Below are positions 1-9,525 of a DNA stretch of 64,000 nucleotides, one piece after another. The DNA lies in assembly GCA_964481345.1 (NCBI GenBank), contig CAYZTC010000001.1, positions 142,188-206,187 on the forward strand. Reading direction: 5' to 3'. The translations under genes and the position numbers were made by a program. Each line of letters opens with the position of its first letter. Within the stretch, counting starts at the first letter, position 1. The notes beneath the pieces are model-generated. The model was not told where the DNA came from. It saw only the letters and a program-made list of their open reading frames with translations, and did not search any database. Source of the stretch: an uncultured Candidatus Saccharibacteria bacterium. Lineage in GTDB: Bacteria; Patescibacteriota; Dojkabacteria; SC72; JAFGCJ01.

Positions 1-480
1 TAAATACAACAAAATCATTATCCTCTGTTTTCTGTGATAACCCCTGCACAACCAACTCAAAATTACTTATTGTAGCTTCATAATCAACGTACTCTTCCTG
101 AGAACTTTCAAACAGATAATATATATTTTCTGGCAGGTATCCCTCATCAATGAGCAGATCATATGCCTGTCTCGAAGAATCCCTGAACCATCCATAATGA
201 GTATCATCACCAGAAGCGCCTCCAATCACAACTGCATATTTCTGTACACTTGAACTATCACTCTCATCAACAACCGCCTCTTCTTCACCTGATTCAGTAG
301 ACTCTTCTGTATCTTCTTCAACAGAGGTCTCTTCAGTATCAACACCAAGACCTGGAATATCCTGACCTAAAGATAGTTTCACTATGACCACAGTGACGAT
401 ACATGGAACAATACAAAGTAGAAAAATTAAAACAAAGGGCAATAATATCTTTTTAAGCTGACTTTTCTTAGGGGATACGT
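1..480 (-). CDS. Partial CDS (C-terminus runs off window start): signal-anchored protein with Glu/Asp-rich linker, then domain with motif YAVVIGGASGDD..HYGWFRDS (possibly peptidase C13/caspase-like)
   Basis: Manual translation of minus strand from ATG at 478-480 (MDVSPKKSQLKKILLPFVLIFLL...), hydrophobic N-terminal helix; domain guess from motif only. Confidence 0.3.
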
Positions 481-487
481 CCATACG

Positions 488-1069
488 TTAAACAATAAAA
501 TAATCGTTATAAAGTCTGTTGATCTTCTTATTAAATTCCTCCTTTGTTCTACTGTTATCTATACTCACTTGTGCCATATCAATACACTTTTGCACATTCT
601 GTTCATTTTCGGCATTTCCTATTCCAAGATCCCTCTTATCATCGATCTTAAACTCCTCAAAACTTTTTTTATCTTCTTTATACTGTCCTTTTCTCTGAAC
701 AATCCTTTTATACCTTACCTCAATTGGAGCAGTAACGGTCATAACAAGTAGGTCGTCATCCAGCTCACTCATTAAAAGTTTCAACTCGTTGTGATTCCGA
801 ATGCTATCTATTATGAATCTGTCGGATGGATCATTTCTGATCTTTTTAATTGCTATTTGTGCAAGTGCATCTAATCCTAGTTTTTTCCTCAAGTCATCAC
901 CAACATCCTGAAGTATAGCTCTATCTTCTCTATCAAGACCCAGCCTATCACATTCATCATAAATTGGGATCGTTAATTTGTAATACCTGAACCCTTTATC
1001 CTTAAAAAATTCTGTTAAAGTCGTCTTTCCTGCACCAATAGGCGCAACTACTGCGATATGCTTTTTCAT
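488..1069 (-). CDS. P-loop NTPase, nucleoside/nucleotide kinase-like (Walker A GAGKTT)
   Basis: ORF track 193 aa MKKHIAVVAPIGAGKTTLTEFF; 4-nt overlap with upstream AMMECR1 gene suggests co-operonic. Confidence 0.5.
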   Translation of the reverse strand: MKKHIAVVAPIGAGKTTLTEFFKDKGFRYYKLTIPIYDECDRLGLDREDRAILQDVGDDLRKKLGLDALAQIAIKKIRNDPSDRFIIDSIRNHNELKLLMSELDDDLLVMTVTAPIEVRYKRIVQRKGQYKEDKKSFEEFKIDDKRDLGIGNAENEQNVQKCIDMAQVSIDNSRTKEEFNKKINRLYNDYFIV

Positions 1070-1647
1070 ATATCATCCTCCTTAAACTTCTCTACTTTAT
1101 ACCGCCTTACCTTAAGGTCACCATTTTTCCATTCTTCAGAACTTAACCCAGCTTTCACGCATAGGTTACTTAAGAAATCTTCCGGTACCGTCAGGTCTTC
1201 CCAAACTTGAGGTAAAAATGTTGCAGTATTTTGACCTTTTTCAATAATCACACCTGGCTTTTCATCCTCAAGCTTCTTTAACAAATCTTTACCATCCTTG
1301 TATTTCAATTCCTCGGCCTTACTCAGAATAGAAATTTCAATATTAACCTTTTTTAACTCATCTTTAGATAGATGGCTAAACCTGTAATCTCCAAATGCTG
1401 CACTCACTGCATTCTCAACTATATCTTTATACATTGGATTTACCGCCACTAACTTACCTATACAGCCCCGTAGTTTTCCATCAATAGTCAATGTAACAAA
1501 AGTTGCACCTTTTTCCTTCGTTTTTTCAGACAAAGCATTCTCATCTACCTCGATCTGAGTGATACCTTCAAAAACTCCCTCTATTGCCCTTCTTGTGTAA
1601 TTCAGAAGTAGTTTCTTTTCTTCTCTTGTCAATTTAGTAATTTCCAA
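1066..1647 (-). CDS. amrA: AMMECR1 domain protein (AmmeMemoRadiSam system protein A)
   Basis: 193 aa with diagnostic LRGCIG motif (GKLRGCIGKL); adjacent to MEMO1-like and radical SAM genes. Confidence 0.8.
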   Translation of the reverse strand: MEITKLTREEKKLLLNYTRRAIEGVFEGITQIEVDENALSEKTKEKGATFVTLTIDGKLRGCIGKLVAVNPMYKDIVENAVSAAFGDYRFSHLSKDELKKVNIEISILSKAEELKYKDGKDLLKKLEDEKPGVIIEKGQNTATFLPQVWEDLTVPEDFLSNLCVKAGLSSEEWKNGDLKVRRYKVEKFKEDDI

Positions 1648-2478
1648 CTATTTTTCTTGAAAAATCATTCCAGCATAACCTACCACTGCACTTTTATCAC
1701 CGGTAACATCACCTGAGTTTTTATAGTCCACTAAACCAGATTGCCAATCATTCATCTCGGCAAGTTTCATTCCAATAAGTATCCCCTCTTTACCACATGC
1801 CTCTTTTTCGTTTTCACTAAGGCCTTCATAGTCAAAGTTTAATATTGAATCAATGGTTTTTTCATCAAGACTTTTTGCAGTTTCATATGGATGATAGTGT
1901 GAAAGATCAGAGCTAATAAGTACAACCGTTTTGTCATCTAGCAGTTTGTTTATTTCTTTTGAAACAGAATCAGTGTCCACACCTGCCCCACAGCACAGGG
2001 GAACTAATTTGATCCCTTTAAACAACTTCATCAAAAAGGGAAGCTGTACCTCCAAAGAATGCTCATACAAAAACGCATCAGAAAAGTCTACAAAACCATC
2101 TTTTTTAACAAGTACTTTACAAACACTACTGGCAATTTCAACATTCCCAAATGGAATTTCCCATTCATCGTCCATATTGACAGCCACTCCCTCAAAACCT
2201 ATTTGATGTGATACTCCAATTAAAATTATTCTTTTCAATTTATCACCCCAGTCATTTTTAATTACTTTATAGACACTTGCGGCAACACCACCCGAATAAA
2301 CCAGTCCTGCATGCGGAACGATGGCAGCACTAATCTTCTCTATACCCTCTTTATCAAATAGCACAGGAGTACTCTTCAACAGAGCACCAACCATTTTATC
2401 TAACTTCTCTTTGTCTGCGGGATAAAATGATCCGGCAGCACAAGCTTTTTTAATCTTTTTCATCCTTATTTTTTTCAC
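1648..2478 (-). CDS. amrB: MEMO1-family protein (AmmeMemoRadiSam system protein B)
   Basis: 276 aa, N-terminal AAGSFYPADKEKL typical of Memo/AmrB family; part of conserved trio. Confidence 0.8.
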   Translation of the reverse strand: MKKIRMKKIKKACAAGSFYPADKEKLDKMVGALLKSTPVLFDKEGIEKISAAIVPHAGLVYSGGVAASVYKVIKNDWGDKLKRIILIGVSHQIGFEGVAVNMDDEWEIPFGNVEIASSVCKVLVKKDGFVDFSDAFLYEHSLEVQLPFLMKLFKGIKLVPLCCGAGVDTDSVSKEINKLLDDKTVVLISSDLSHYHPYETAKSLDEKTIDSILNFDYEGLSENEKEACGKEGILIGMKLAEMNDWQSGLVDYKNSGDVTGDKSAVVGYAGMIFQEK

Positions 2479-3550
2479 TTAAATAAGACTCTGCATTCCA
2501 AATACCTGGTATTTTCTCCCCACAATATTTACACTCATCATCCTTCAACCCTAAAACATTAACCGACGCCCAACTTCTTTCAATTAGTAACTTGTTGCAT
2601 TTGGGACAGTATGTAGATTGCATATCAACATCTGAAATATTTCCCCCATATACATACTTTAATCCAGCATCTTTCCCAATATCTACTGCCTTTTTTATAC
2701 TGTCAATTGGTGTGGAAGGTTTATCAACCATCTTATATGCTGGAGAAAAGGAGGTGACATGCCAAGGGATATTGTTTGATAGTTCAGATATAAACTTTGC
2801 AACACTCTCTATCTCTTTTTCATTATCATTTTCGCCTGGTATCAACATAGTGGTAAGCTCAATCCATATTCCCCTCTTAAATGCCATTTCTATACCGTCT
2901 AACACTTCCTTAAACTTTGCATTGCAATGTTTTGTATAAAACCCTTCACTAAATGCTTTCAAATCAATATTCATTGCATCAATATGGCCATCCATATAAT
3001 CGAGCAGGGGTTTTGTAAAATATCCATTTGTTATATAGACCCCCAGTAACTTTCTTTGACCACCAACCATAGCTTTTTTCATAACATCATGACTATACTC
3101 AGCAAAAATCGTGGGCTCATTGTATGTAAACGCCACAGATGGAATATCATTTTTAACACAAAAATCAACCGTCTCCTTTGGAGCTAGCTTATAGCTTGAG
3201 TATTCTGAATTTTCCGACAAAATCTCTTCTGGATTTTTACTCCTTGATATCCTCAAAAGCTGAGAAGATTGCCAGTTTTGACAAAAATCACAGAAAAAAT
3301 TGCACCCAACAGTACCTAGCGAAAATATATTTGATCCAGGAAGAAAGTGAAACAAGGGTTTTTTCTCAATCGGATCTACACTTACAGCATTTAGGTTTTC
3401 GTAAACAAGAAGTTTAAGCTTTCCATTTTCATTCTTCCTTACTCCACAAACTCCAGTATCTCCTTCTTTAATAATACATTCTCTTTTACAGGCAAGACAT
3501 TTTATCTTTCCTTCTTTTTCAGCTTTATACAACACATCCACCACACCCAT
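2450..3550 (-). CDS. amrS: AmmeMemoRadiSam system radical SAM enzyme
   Basis: 366 aa with CNFFCDFC (CxxxCxxC) radical-SAM cluster motif plus additional Cys clusters; gene order amrS-amrB-amrA. Confidence 0.8.
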   Translation of the reverse strand: MGVVDVLYKAEKEGKIKCLACKRECIIKEGDTGVCGVRKNENGKLKLLVYENLNAVSVDPIEKKPLFHFLPGSNIFSLGTVGCNFFCDFCQNWQSSQLLRISRSKNPEEILSENSEYSSYKLAPKETVDFCVKNDIPSVAFTYNEPTIFAEYSHDVMKKAMVGGQRKLLGVYITNGYFTKPLLDYMDGHIDAMNIDLKAFSEGFYTKHCNAKFKEVLDGIEMAFKRGIWIELTTMLIPGENDNEKEIESVAKFISELSNNIPWHVTSFSPAYKMVDKPSTPIDSIKKAVDIGKDAGLKYVYGGNISDVDMQSTYCPKCNKLLIERSWASVNVLGLKDDECKYCGEKIPGIWNAESYLSEKNKDEKD

Positions 3551-3680
3551 ATTTTACCAGCTTATCTGTCATATACGTTGAAAAAGTAAATGATAGGAAA
3601 TCCAAGAAGTAAACATAATACTGAAATAAGTAAAATATTTAAGGCTTTTTTAACAAGTCGCATATCAACATTATATCTAT

Positions 3681-4472
3681 TTACTTTCTTCCTGTCAGAA
3701 GTTTAGCTCGAGTTTCTCTTACAGCAATAGCAGGAAGGGATTTTTGATTTCTTACCAAGTAACTCTCAACTTCATCCCTATGGTGTTTTATCAAGGTCCT
3801 CAATAGCCAGGAAATCGCTTTGGTAATAAGTTTATCCCTCTCATATTTCAGTCTGTCAATATTTTCAAACGCCTGTCTTGAAAATACCTCATCAGCACTA
3901 TCTCTCACTGGCTTTACCAGCAGGACAAGAGATGCTCTTCTCTTATTAATAGTTTTATCCTTAGAAAGTTTGATTATGAATTCCTTCCATTTCTTCCAAT
4001 TCTTCACATAGTCATCCTTTGTAAACACAGATTGACATAAAGAGTCTACCTCCGCCCATCCTTTCAGATTACTTAGCCATTTATCTACATCCCCCGGCTC
4101 AACAATTTCCCTTACGTCTTTTCTCTTTTGAAGAATGATGCCTGCACAATATTTTTCATCACTTGAATCAGTTTTGTATAAAGAGTTTATACCCTTCTTA
4201 ATATCTTCCGGTCTCATTTTCTTATTGCCCTCTAATACATTCTGAACAATATCCTTTCTTTGTGAAGCGGTTAAGCCATAATGAAAATCATCATTTCCTC
4301 CATAACCATCAGGTAGTTTTGACGGAACATGGCTTTTCTTAGAAACCATTTGAATTTGAGCCAATATCTGTCCATGAAATAGATGCATACTGGAATTATA
4401 TCCTATACAGACCCATCTATAAAAAATACTATCAAACCTGGTCAGAAATTTCATTGATACAAAAACAAACAT
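3681..4472 (-). CDS. DNA alkylation repair enzyme family protein (HEAT-like repeat, AlkC/AlkD-like); start probably internal Met (MHLFHGQ, ~4388)
   Basis: Motifs WAEVDS and KAISWLLR characteristic of the DNA_alkylation family. Confidence 0.5.
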   Translation of the reverse strand: MFVFVSMKFLTRFDSIFYRWVCIGYNSSMHLFHGQILAQIQMVSKKSHVPSKLPDGYGGNDDFHYGLTASQRKDIVQNVLEGNKKMRPEDIKKGINSLYKTDSSDEKYCAGIILQKRKDVREIVEPGDVDKWLSNLKGWAEVDSLCQSVFTKDDYVKNWKKWKEFIIKLSKDKTINKRRASLVLLVKPVRDSADEVFSRQAFENIDRLKYERDKLITKAISWLLRTLIKHHRDEVESYLVRNQKSLPAIAVRETRAKLLTGRK

Positions 4473-4624
4473 ACCTTACTATCAGATAAAATCTGGGACC
4501 TATAGCACCTCATACCTAGTTTCAAGTTCATGAAATTTTCATGAAGACTTTCTCAAATACAGATTTAACAACCAAAATGGAATTTCCACAAACCAGGTCT
4601 GGATTCAGACAGGAGTTAGAGAGA

Positions 4625-4690
4625 GGTAAGGCCTGCTTGTCCCGCTGTATGGTGGCTTCGCGGGGGCCCTCGCGCCACAATACACGGTAT
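4625..4690. other. GC-rich (about 70% GC) hairpin-forming island in AT-rich intergenic DNA; candidate small structured RNA or terminator
   Basis: ggtggcttcgcgggggccctcgcgccac nested inverted repeats incl. GCGAAGC mini-hairpin motif on minus strand. Confidence 0.3.
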
Positions 4691-4757
4691 TTACAGAAAA
4701 GACAGATTGTTATAATATCCTATAGAGTTCTATCACAGAAAAATAAAAGGAGAAAAA

Positions 4758-4976
4758 ATGAAAACACCAAAATGGATCATGAAATTCTTCAGGTATCTTT
4801 CCGAAGAAAAAGGCACAAAAGTCTTTTGGATACTGCTAATCCTTCCAATAACCATCATAGTTGTTGGAAAAATACAGAAACTTATGTGTCTAACAGCTTT
4901 GGGAGTGGTAACACTGGTTACCTTCATTTCAATTACCTATCTTGGCCTAGCCACCAAGTATAACTTTTCAAAGTAA
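4758..4976 (+). CDS. Small membrane protein (2 TM), hypothetical
   Basis: 72 aa ORF with strong SD AAAGGAG 7 nt upstream of ATG; hydrophobic segments. Confidence 0.4.
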   Translation: MKTPKWIMKFFRYLSEEKGTKVFWILLILPITIIVVGKIQKLMCLTALGVVTLVTFISITYLGLATKYNFSK

Positions 4977-5061
4977 AACTCCCTCTCCCCACCTTGCTGA
5001 GTCATCAGTATTCTGGGGAGAGGAAAATTCAATAGAGTAAAGCAGATAAGAGGCTAATTCT

Positions 5062-5388
5062 CTATACCTTCTTTAGTCGAAGATCTCCTTTTTCTTTCTT
5101 CAATGTATCTCCTACTTTACAGTTATGAAACATCTTCTTAGAAACCCCGATTTTTCTTTCTTTCCCTTCGTCAGTATCAACTACCAAGGTATAGTAATCA
5201 TGAGTTATATTACTATCGAAATCCTCTCTCTGTTTGTGTAGTTTATCCTTTATCTTTCCCTCCCACTCACTATCTTTGGTCTTTTTTATTAAATACACGA
5301 TTAAAACAACAAAACCGACGATAAGAATAAAAAAGATAATACCAAAGCATACCGTAGGTAATATTGAGGAGATTTGTCCCTGATCCAT
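5062..5388 (-). CDS. Hypothetical membrane-anchored protein
   Basis: 108 aa ORF, N-terminal TM helix; no clear SD. Confidence 0.3.
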   Translation of the reverse strand: MDQGQISSILPTVCFGIIFFILIVGFVVLIVYLIKKTKDSEWEGKIKDKLHKQREDFDSNITHDYYTLVVDTDEGKERKIGVSKKMFHNCKVGDTLKKEKGDLRLKKV

Positions 5389-5408
5389 AATTACTTTTTA
5401 ATAAAAAT

Positions 5409-5624
5409 TTATACAATCCCTATTATACTCCTTAAATCGTTGGCCCTAACAAGATATTCTTCTTTCCATAAATCAACTGGGTCTCCTGCTTCCTGGCCAG
5501 AGCTATTTTCAGTCTGCTCTCCTTTATTTACTTCTTCATAAAAAAGGTAGGTAACAATTCCAAGTGCTACAAATAAGGCAATGTTGGAAATAATTAAAAT
5601 GATGGGTAGTTTTTTATTTGGCAT
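5409..5624 (-). CDS. Hypothetical small membrane protein
   Basis: 71 aa ORF with TM helix. Confidence 0.3.
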   Translation of the reverse strand: MPNKKLPIILIISNIALFVALGIVTYLFYEEVNKGEQTENSSGQEAGDPVDLWKEEYLVRANDLRSIIGIV

Positions 5625-5719
5625 ACAATATATATTATATCCAAAAGTAACTACCTGTCATATGAGGTCTCAGCATACCCCTATTTAGAGGCATATCATA
5701 AATATTCAAGAATAGCCTA

Positions 5720-6382
5720 TTATTTCTTCAGCTTCGAATAAAACTCTTCCAAGATTTTCCTTGCAGTATCCTTTCCCCCAAGTCCAAAGGCTAGACCTCC
5801 TGCCAGAGCTAACATTGCAATTATTCCTGAGAATAATATTCTCACCAGATCATCTGCAACCCCAAGCTGGTTTAGTATCAAAAGAATTGTAAATACTATA
5901 ACGGCATACCTGGAAAGGGTTGACAACACCCCTATTGCAGTAGCACCAAGGTCCTCTGCGCTTTGCTTAACTAAGTCTTCAACCAAAGATGCGACTACCA
6001 TACCTATAAATGCAATTACTACAGATATGAATACGTTTGGAAGGTAAAGAAGAAGCTGGCTTAACAACTCACCAACCTGACTTAAACCCCACGCGTCTAC
6101 TGCTGCAACTAAGAAAAGAATTATGACAGTCCACCTAAGCATTTCTGATACTATCTCTATCCAAAGAGTTGTCGGTACTGATTTTTCTAACTTTATTTTT
6201 TTTGCAAAATTAGACTTCACAACAAATGTATTAAGTCCAACGATAGCCTTTCTTAATACATTTCCAAGTATTAAACCAACTACCAAAAGCAAAAGCCCAG
6301 CCAAAAGCTGTGGTGCATAAGACACAATATTTGACCAAAAGTCAGTGATTATTGTTGCTGTTGTATCAACTACTGATTCCAC
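5720..6382 (-). CDS. Integral membrane protein with 'conserved TM helix' repeats (MscS-associated family-like)
   Basis: 220 aa; GTG start with strong SD AAAGGAGG 8 nt upstream; repeated hydrophobic helix pattern. Confidence 0.5.
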   Translation of the reverse strand: MESVVDTTATIITDFWSNIVSYAPQLLAGLLLLVVGLILGNVLRKAIVGLNTFVVKSNFAKKIKLEKSVPTTLWIEIVSEMLRWTVIILFLVAAVDAWGLSQVGELLSQLLLYLPNVFISVVIAFIGMVVASLVEDLVKQSAEDLGATAIGVLSTLSRYAVIVFTILLILNQLGVADDLVRILFSGIIAMLALAGGLAFGLGGKDTARKILEEFYSKLKK

Positions 6383-6566
6383 TCTACTTACCTCCTTTCA
6401 TCGAGATATAGTAATATTTACTAGTGTACATTACTAAGCATATGATACCATATAATCTTTTATTCCTGGTCTTTTCCTTACGTTTCCAGAATCTTACTTT
6501 GAAACCGACAAGAGATTCTTTCATTACTTTTAAACCCGGGAAAATAGATTGAAGAGGAGTAAAGGT

Positions 6567-6902
6567 TCAGGCCGTTAACAAAAGTGTTTTTATTTCAGTT
6601 GAAGATGCTTGTATTTTCTTTCCATTATTAAATTTTACAAAAAAGTCTGAGTTTTCTCTTACTAAATCTATTAATCTTACAGCCTGAGAAAAATCAGATA
6701 CCATTCTTCCTGGACCATTATTAATCAGGTCGTCATCGATCACTTCTGCCTTAAGCTCATTGTTATACCTCTTGGAAAGCTCAGCCAATAATGAGCAACT
6801 TGCTATATACCAATTACCTTTCTGGTCTTCAAAAACAGTATAGTCTTGAACCCCACCCCTTAACCTTTCTATCACTTTTCTTTTATAGATTTTACTAATC
6901 AT
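6567..6902 (-). CDS. Hypothetical protein
   Basis: 111 aa ORF, no recognisable motif. Confidence 0.4.
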   Translation of the reverse strand: MISKIYKRKVIERLRGGVQDYTVFEDQKGNWYIASCSLLAELSKRYNNELKAEVIDDDLINNGPGRMVSDFSQAVRLIDLVRENSDFFVKFNNGKKIQASSTEIKTLLLTA

Positions 6903-7028
6903 AATATTTAAATTCTAACACATTTTAACTAGATCCTTGGGTAGGTATTTTGCCCCGTAAGCGTGACTTCGCACTACCTATTCTACCATCAGAAAGATCT
7001 TTTACCTCCAATACTTTTTCACAGATAA

Positions 7029-7703
7029 CTAATACCCCGCCTTTACCAGTTTATCATAGGCATCTTGAACTTCAGGTGGTATTTCTTGTTCTGTTTGGAA
7101 GCCCTGTTTGGGGTATTCAATGATTCTTTTCATATTTCCAACCATATCTTTTACCAGTTTCTCCAACGTTCTCTCCTCATTACAGTAGTCCATCATACTC
7201 ACTTTCAATGATGTTACAATCGTCCTCATTTCAGGCCATTGCTTTTCTAATGTAGCCTTACCTCTTCTTTGTTTATCAGGAATATAGACCCAGATTGATT
7301 TATTTACCTTATCTCCTCTTTCCCTAAATATATCCCTGACGTTAGTTACTACCTCGCCAGCATTCTTCGATTTATCCTGCATAATTAAAGATTTTTCATC
7401 CACACCACTTTCAATTGCCCTATTCTTAAATACTTCTGCCTCAGTCAGATTTGCAAGTTTATGATCTTTTCCTAGTCCCAGCACCTCACCATAATGATGT
7501 CCACCTGAACAGACAATAATAGGTGCTAGCCCTTTCTTATAAAGATCTACCCCTACTTCAATAAGCCTTATGTCATGTCCGGTTATAACGATAAAATCAG
7601 ATTTCTCAACTGGTTCATATAAAGTATGGTAATCCCAAAGTATTTCTGCATTTTTCATGACCTCTTTTGGGATAGATGTTTCACTTTTAGAAATTTTCTC
7701 CAT
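7029..7703 (-). CDS. DUF218 / YdcF(ElyC/SanA)-like domain protein
   Basis: 224 aa; VITGHD...VCSGG pattern typical of DUF218. Confidence 0.5.
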   Translation of the reverse strand: MEKISKSETSIPKEVMKNAEILWDYHTLYEPVEKSDFIVITGHDIRLIEVGVDLYKKGLAPIIVCSGGHHYGEVLGLGKDHKLANLTEAEVFKNRAIESGVDEKSLIMQDKSKNAGEVVTNVRDIFRERGDKVNKSIWVYIPDKQRRGKATLEKQWPEMRTIVTSLKVSMMDYCNEERTLEKLVKDMVGNMKRIIEYPKQGFQTEQEIPPEVQDAYDKLVKAGY

Positions 7704-7753
7704 ATCGAAGGAATTATATCACAACAAAGAAATCTGACGGGTGTTTTAAGCAG

Positions 7754-8599
7754 TTAAATTTTTCTAAAAAGAAGGGTCGAAAAACTAGAAGCGGTTAAAT
7801 AAACTTCTTTTGCCTTTTTAGGATCGTACTTCCAATCTTCAAAATGCTCTTTTGCTACCAGTATTTTCTGAGCTAATTCTGCAGCTTCGGGAAATCGAGT
7901 TTTGTAGAGCTCTAATAGTTTTTCTCTATCATGAAAAACTTTAAGGAACTTCTTTTCTTTCAGCTCCTCATCGGACATCAACAGTTCCACTCCAAAATAT
8001 AAAAGGTTCTTTCCGTGCGACAAGGATTCGTTAAAAATTAAATCTACATCTCGATTTAAGTGATAGCCCAAAGGAATTCTATCCAGTTGTACCTTATGAG
8101 AGATTATCTTCCCCATAGCATCAGCGTGAATAGCTTTTTTTGAAACTTGAAAAACAATATCTTTCAAAACATCTTTTCCAAAAACAAGCTTTCTGCTTGA
8201 TTTAAAGCCTTCAAATACATATTCCGGGATAAAGCTGTTCCTTCTTTTAAATTCATCTGATGAGCTGGCACTAGAAACAATCGATATATTTACAAAAACG
8301 TCTTCCCCTCTCTTAAGAGGATAAGAAAATTTAAAGGGTCGTAGTTCCGAACGAACAACAAAGTCATTTATAAATTTATCAATTGCCTCAGTTAATATTT
8401 CTCCTAGTTTCCACCTACTATCATCCTGAACGGGTTCTTTATGAACTAACAACCAATTTATATCTGGCCGTGAAAGCGAGAGTTTTCCTTTCGTATAACT
8501 ACCCACCAGGTAGACAGACTCAAGTCTATTACCTAATTTTTTCTTAATTCTCTGATTTATAAAGCTGACTAGTTTTTCTACGTTTTTCTTTGTAATCAT
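7754..8599 (-). CDS. Nucleotidyltransferase (Pol-beta superfamily) domain protein
   Basis: 281 aa; N-terminal ...VYLVGSYTKGKLSLSRPDINWLL (GS...D.[DN] NTase motif, second acidic residue replaced by N). Confidence 0.5.
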   Translation of the reverse strand: MITKKNVEKLVSFINQRIKKKLGNRLESVYLVGSYTKGKLSLSRPDINWLLVHKEPVQDDSRWKLGEILTEAIDKFINDFVVRSELRPFKFSYPLKRGEDVFVNISIVSSASSSDEFKRRNSFIPEYVFEGFKSSRKLVFGKDVLKDIVFQVSKKAIHADAMGKIISHKVQLDRIPLGYHLNRDVDLIFNESLSHGKNLLYFGVELLMSDEELKEKKFLKVFHDREKLLELYKTRFPEAAELAQKILVAKEHFEDWKYDPKKAKEVYLTASSFSTLLFRKI

Positions 8600-8618
8600 T
8601 TTTTTATTTCAACTTCCT

Positions 8619-9368
8619 TTAGCTCAAATCAAACTCCTGAACTAGAACTGATTTTTTCATTATTTTTTTGAGATTCTTATAAGGATATTGCTTAAGCTCA
8701 ATTATTTCCCACTCCTCAGCTACGTTTTCCCAAGGGAACAGAGGCTCTCTCTTGTATTCAAGCCCCAACTTTTTACATTCCTCCACTGAAAGCTCCTTGC
8801 AATCATTCGTAAGTCTTCCGTAGAAGCAGACATCTGCATCTTTAACTACATGCTGATAGTTGTAGTCCATGTTCGAGGCACCATAGATAATTTTGCATTT
8901 AGGAAATGCTTCTTTTATGTCTGAGGCCGCATGTCTTGCTTGATTACCATAGCAGTGATTACCCTCTATAAGGAGGAATGTTGGATCCTTTCTAAATATT
9001 AGATCTTTGCTAATAGTCATTAATCGCCTAAGCTCACACTTATCTTTAACGAAAAAATATTTGTACTGCACAGGCAAAATAACCAGAACATCAAGGATAA
9101 AGGCAAGAAAGGTAGCAGGGATATTTCCTCCTCTCAATATTGGTACAACTGCATCAATAGTGACTTTGTTTTCCTTAACATAATCAGTGATTTTTTCAAC
9201 CAAGCATCTAAATTCTTTCTCATACTCAATCCAGCTGCGAACATAGTAACTGCTTTTCTTATACTTCTTGAGAGCGTTTTTGAGCTTGTCTTTTTCTTGC
9301 ATGGCCGAATTATACAATACTACAGGGGATGTTGTACTCAAACCTTTCAAAAAAAGGCCTACCGACAC
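8619..9368 (-). CDS. Hypothetical protein
   Basis: 249 aa ORF immediately upstream of NTase gene, 20-bp gap, probably co-transcribed. Confidence 0.45.
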   Translation of the reverse strand: MSVGLFLKGLSTTSPVVLYNSAMQEKDKLKNALKKYKKSSYYVRSWIEYEKEFRCLVEKITDYVKENKVTIDAVVPILRGGNIPATFLAFILDVLVILPVQYKYFFVKDKCELRRLMTISKDLIFRKDPTFLLIEGNHCYGNQARHAASDIKEAFPKCKIIYGASNMDYNYQHVVKDADVCFYGRLTNDCKELSVEECKKLGLEYKREPLFPWENVAEEWEIIELKQYPYKNLKKIMKKSVLVQEFDLS

Positions 9369-9404
9369 GACTGGACTGAGCCACTCTGAAGCTTTAGCGT
9401 AGAA

Positions 9405-9479
9405 TGGCTCCCCGGGTAGGACTCGAACCTACAACCAACCGGTTAACAGCCGGTTGCTCTACCATTGAGCTACCGAGGA
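9405..9479 (-). tRNA. tRNA-Asn (anticodon GTT), CCA encoded
   Basis: Minus-strand sequence TCCTCGGTAGCTCAATGGTAGAGCAACCGGCTGTTAACCGGT...GGTTCGAGTCCTACCCGGGGAGCCA folds into a canonical cloverleaf; anticodon loop CTGTTAA. Confidence 0.85.
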
Positions 9480-9525
9480 TCGATGCAGCGAAATGTTACT
9501 ATAAAAGCAACATTTTGTTAATTCG

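Noticed and set aside
4580-4700. Assignment of the GC-rich island as SRP (4.5S) RNA
   Set aside because: There is partial resemblance only (ACCAGGUC... and AAGCAGGCC on the opposite strand). The conserved GGAA-tetraloop and AGCAGC domain IV arrangement could not be reconstructed. It is kept as an unassigned structured element.
4541-4963. 140-aa ORF on + strand spanning the GC-rich island
   Set aside because: There is no SD and it overlaps the better-supported 72-aa membrane ORF (4758-4976, strong SD). The composition is driven by the GC-rich hairpin region, so it is likely non-coding.
6940-6990. Hairpin GGTAGGTA...TACCTATT between two minus-strand genes as a terminator
   Set aside because: Pairing works only with G-U wobbles on the plus strand, which is antisense to both neighbouring genes, and there is no adjacent U-tract. 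The significance is unclear.
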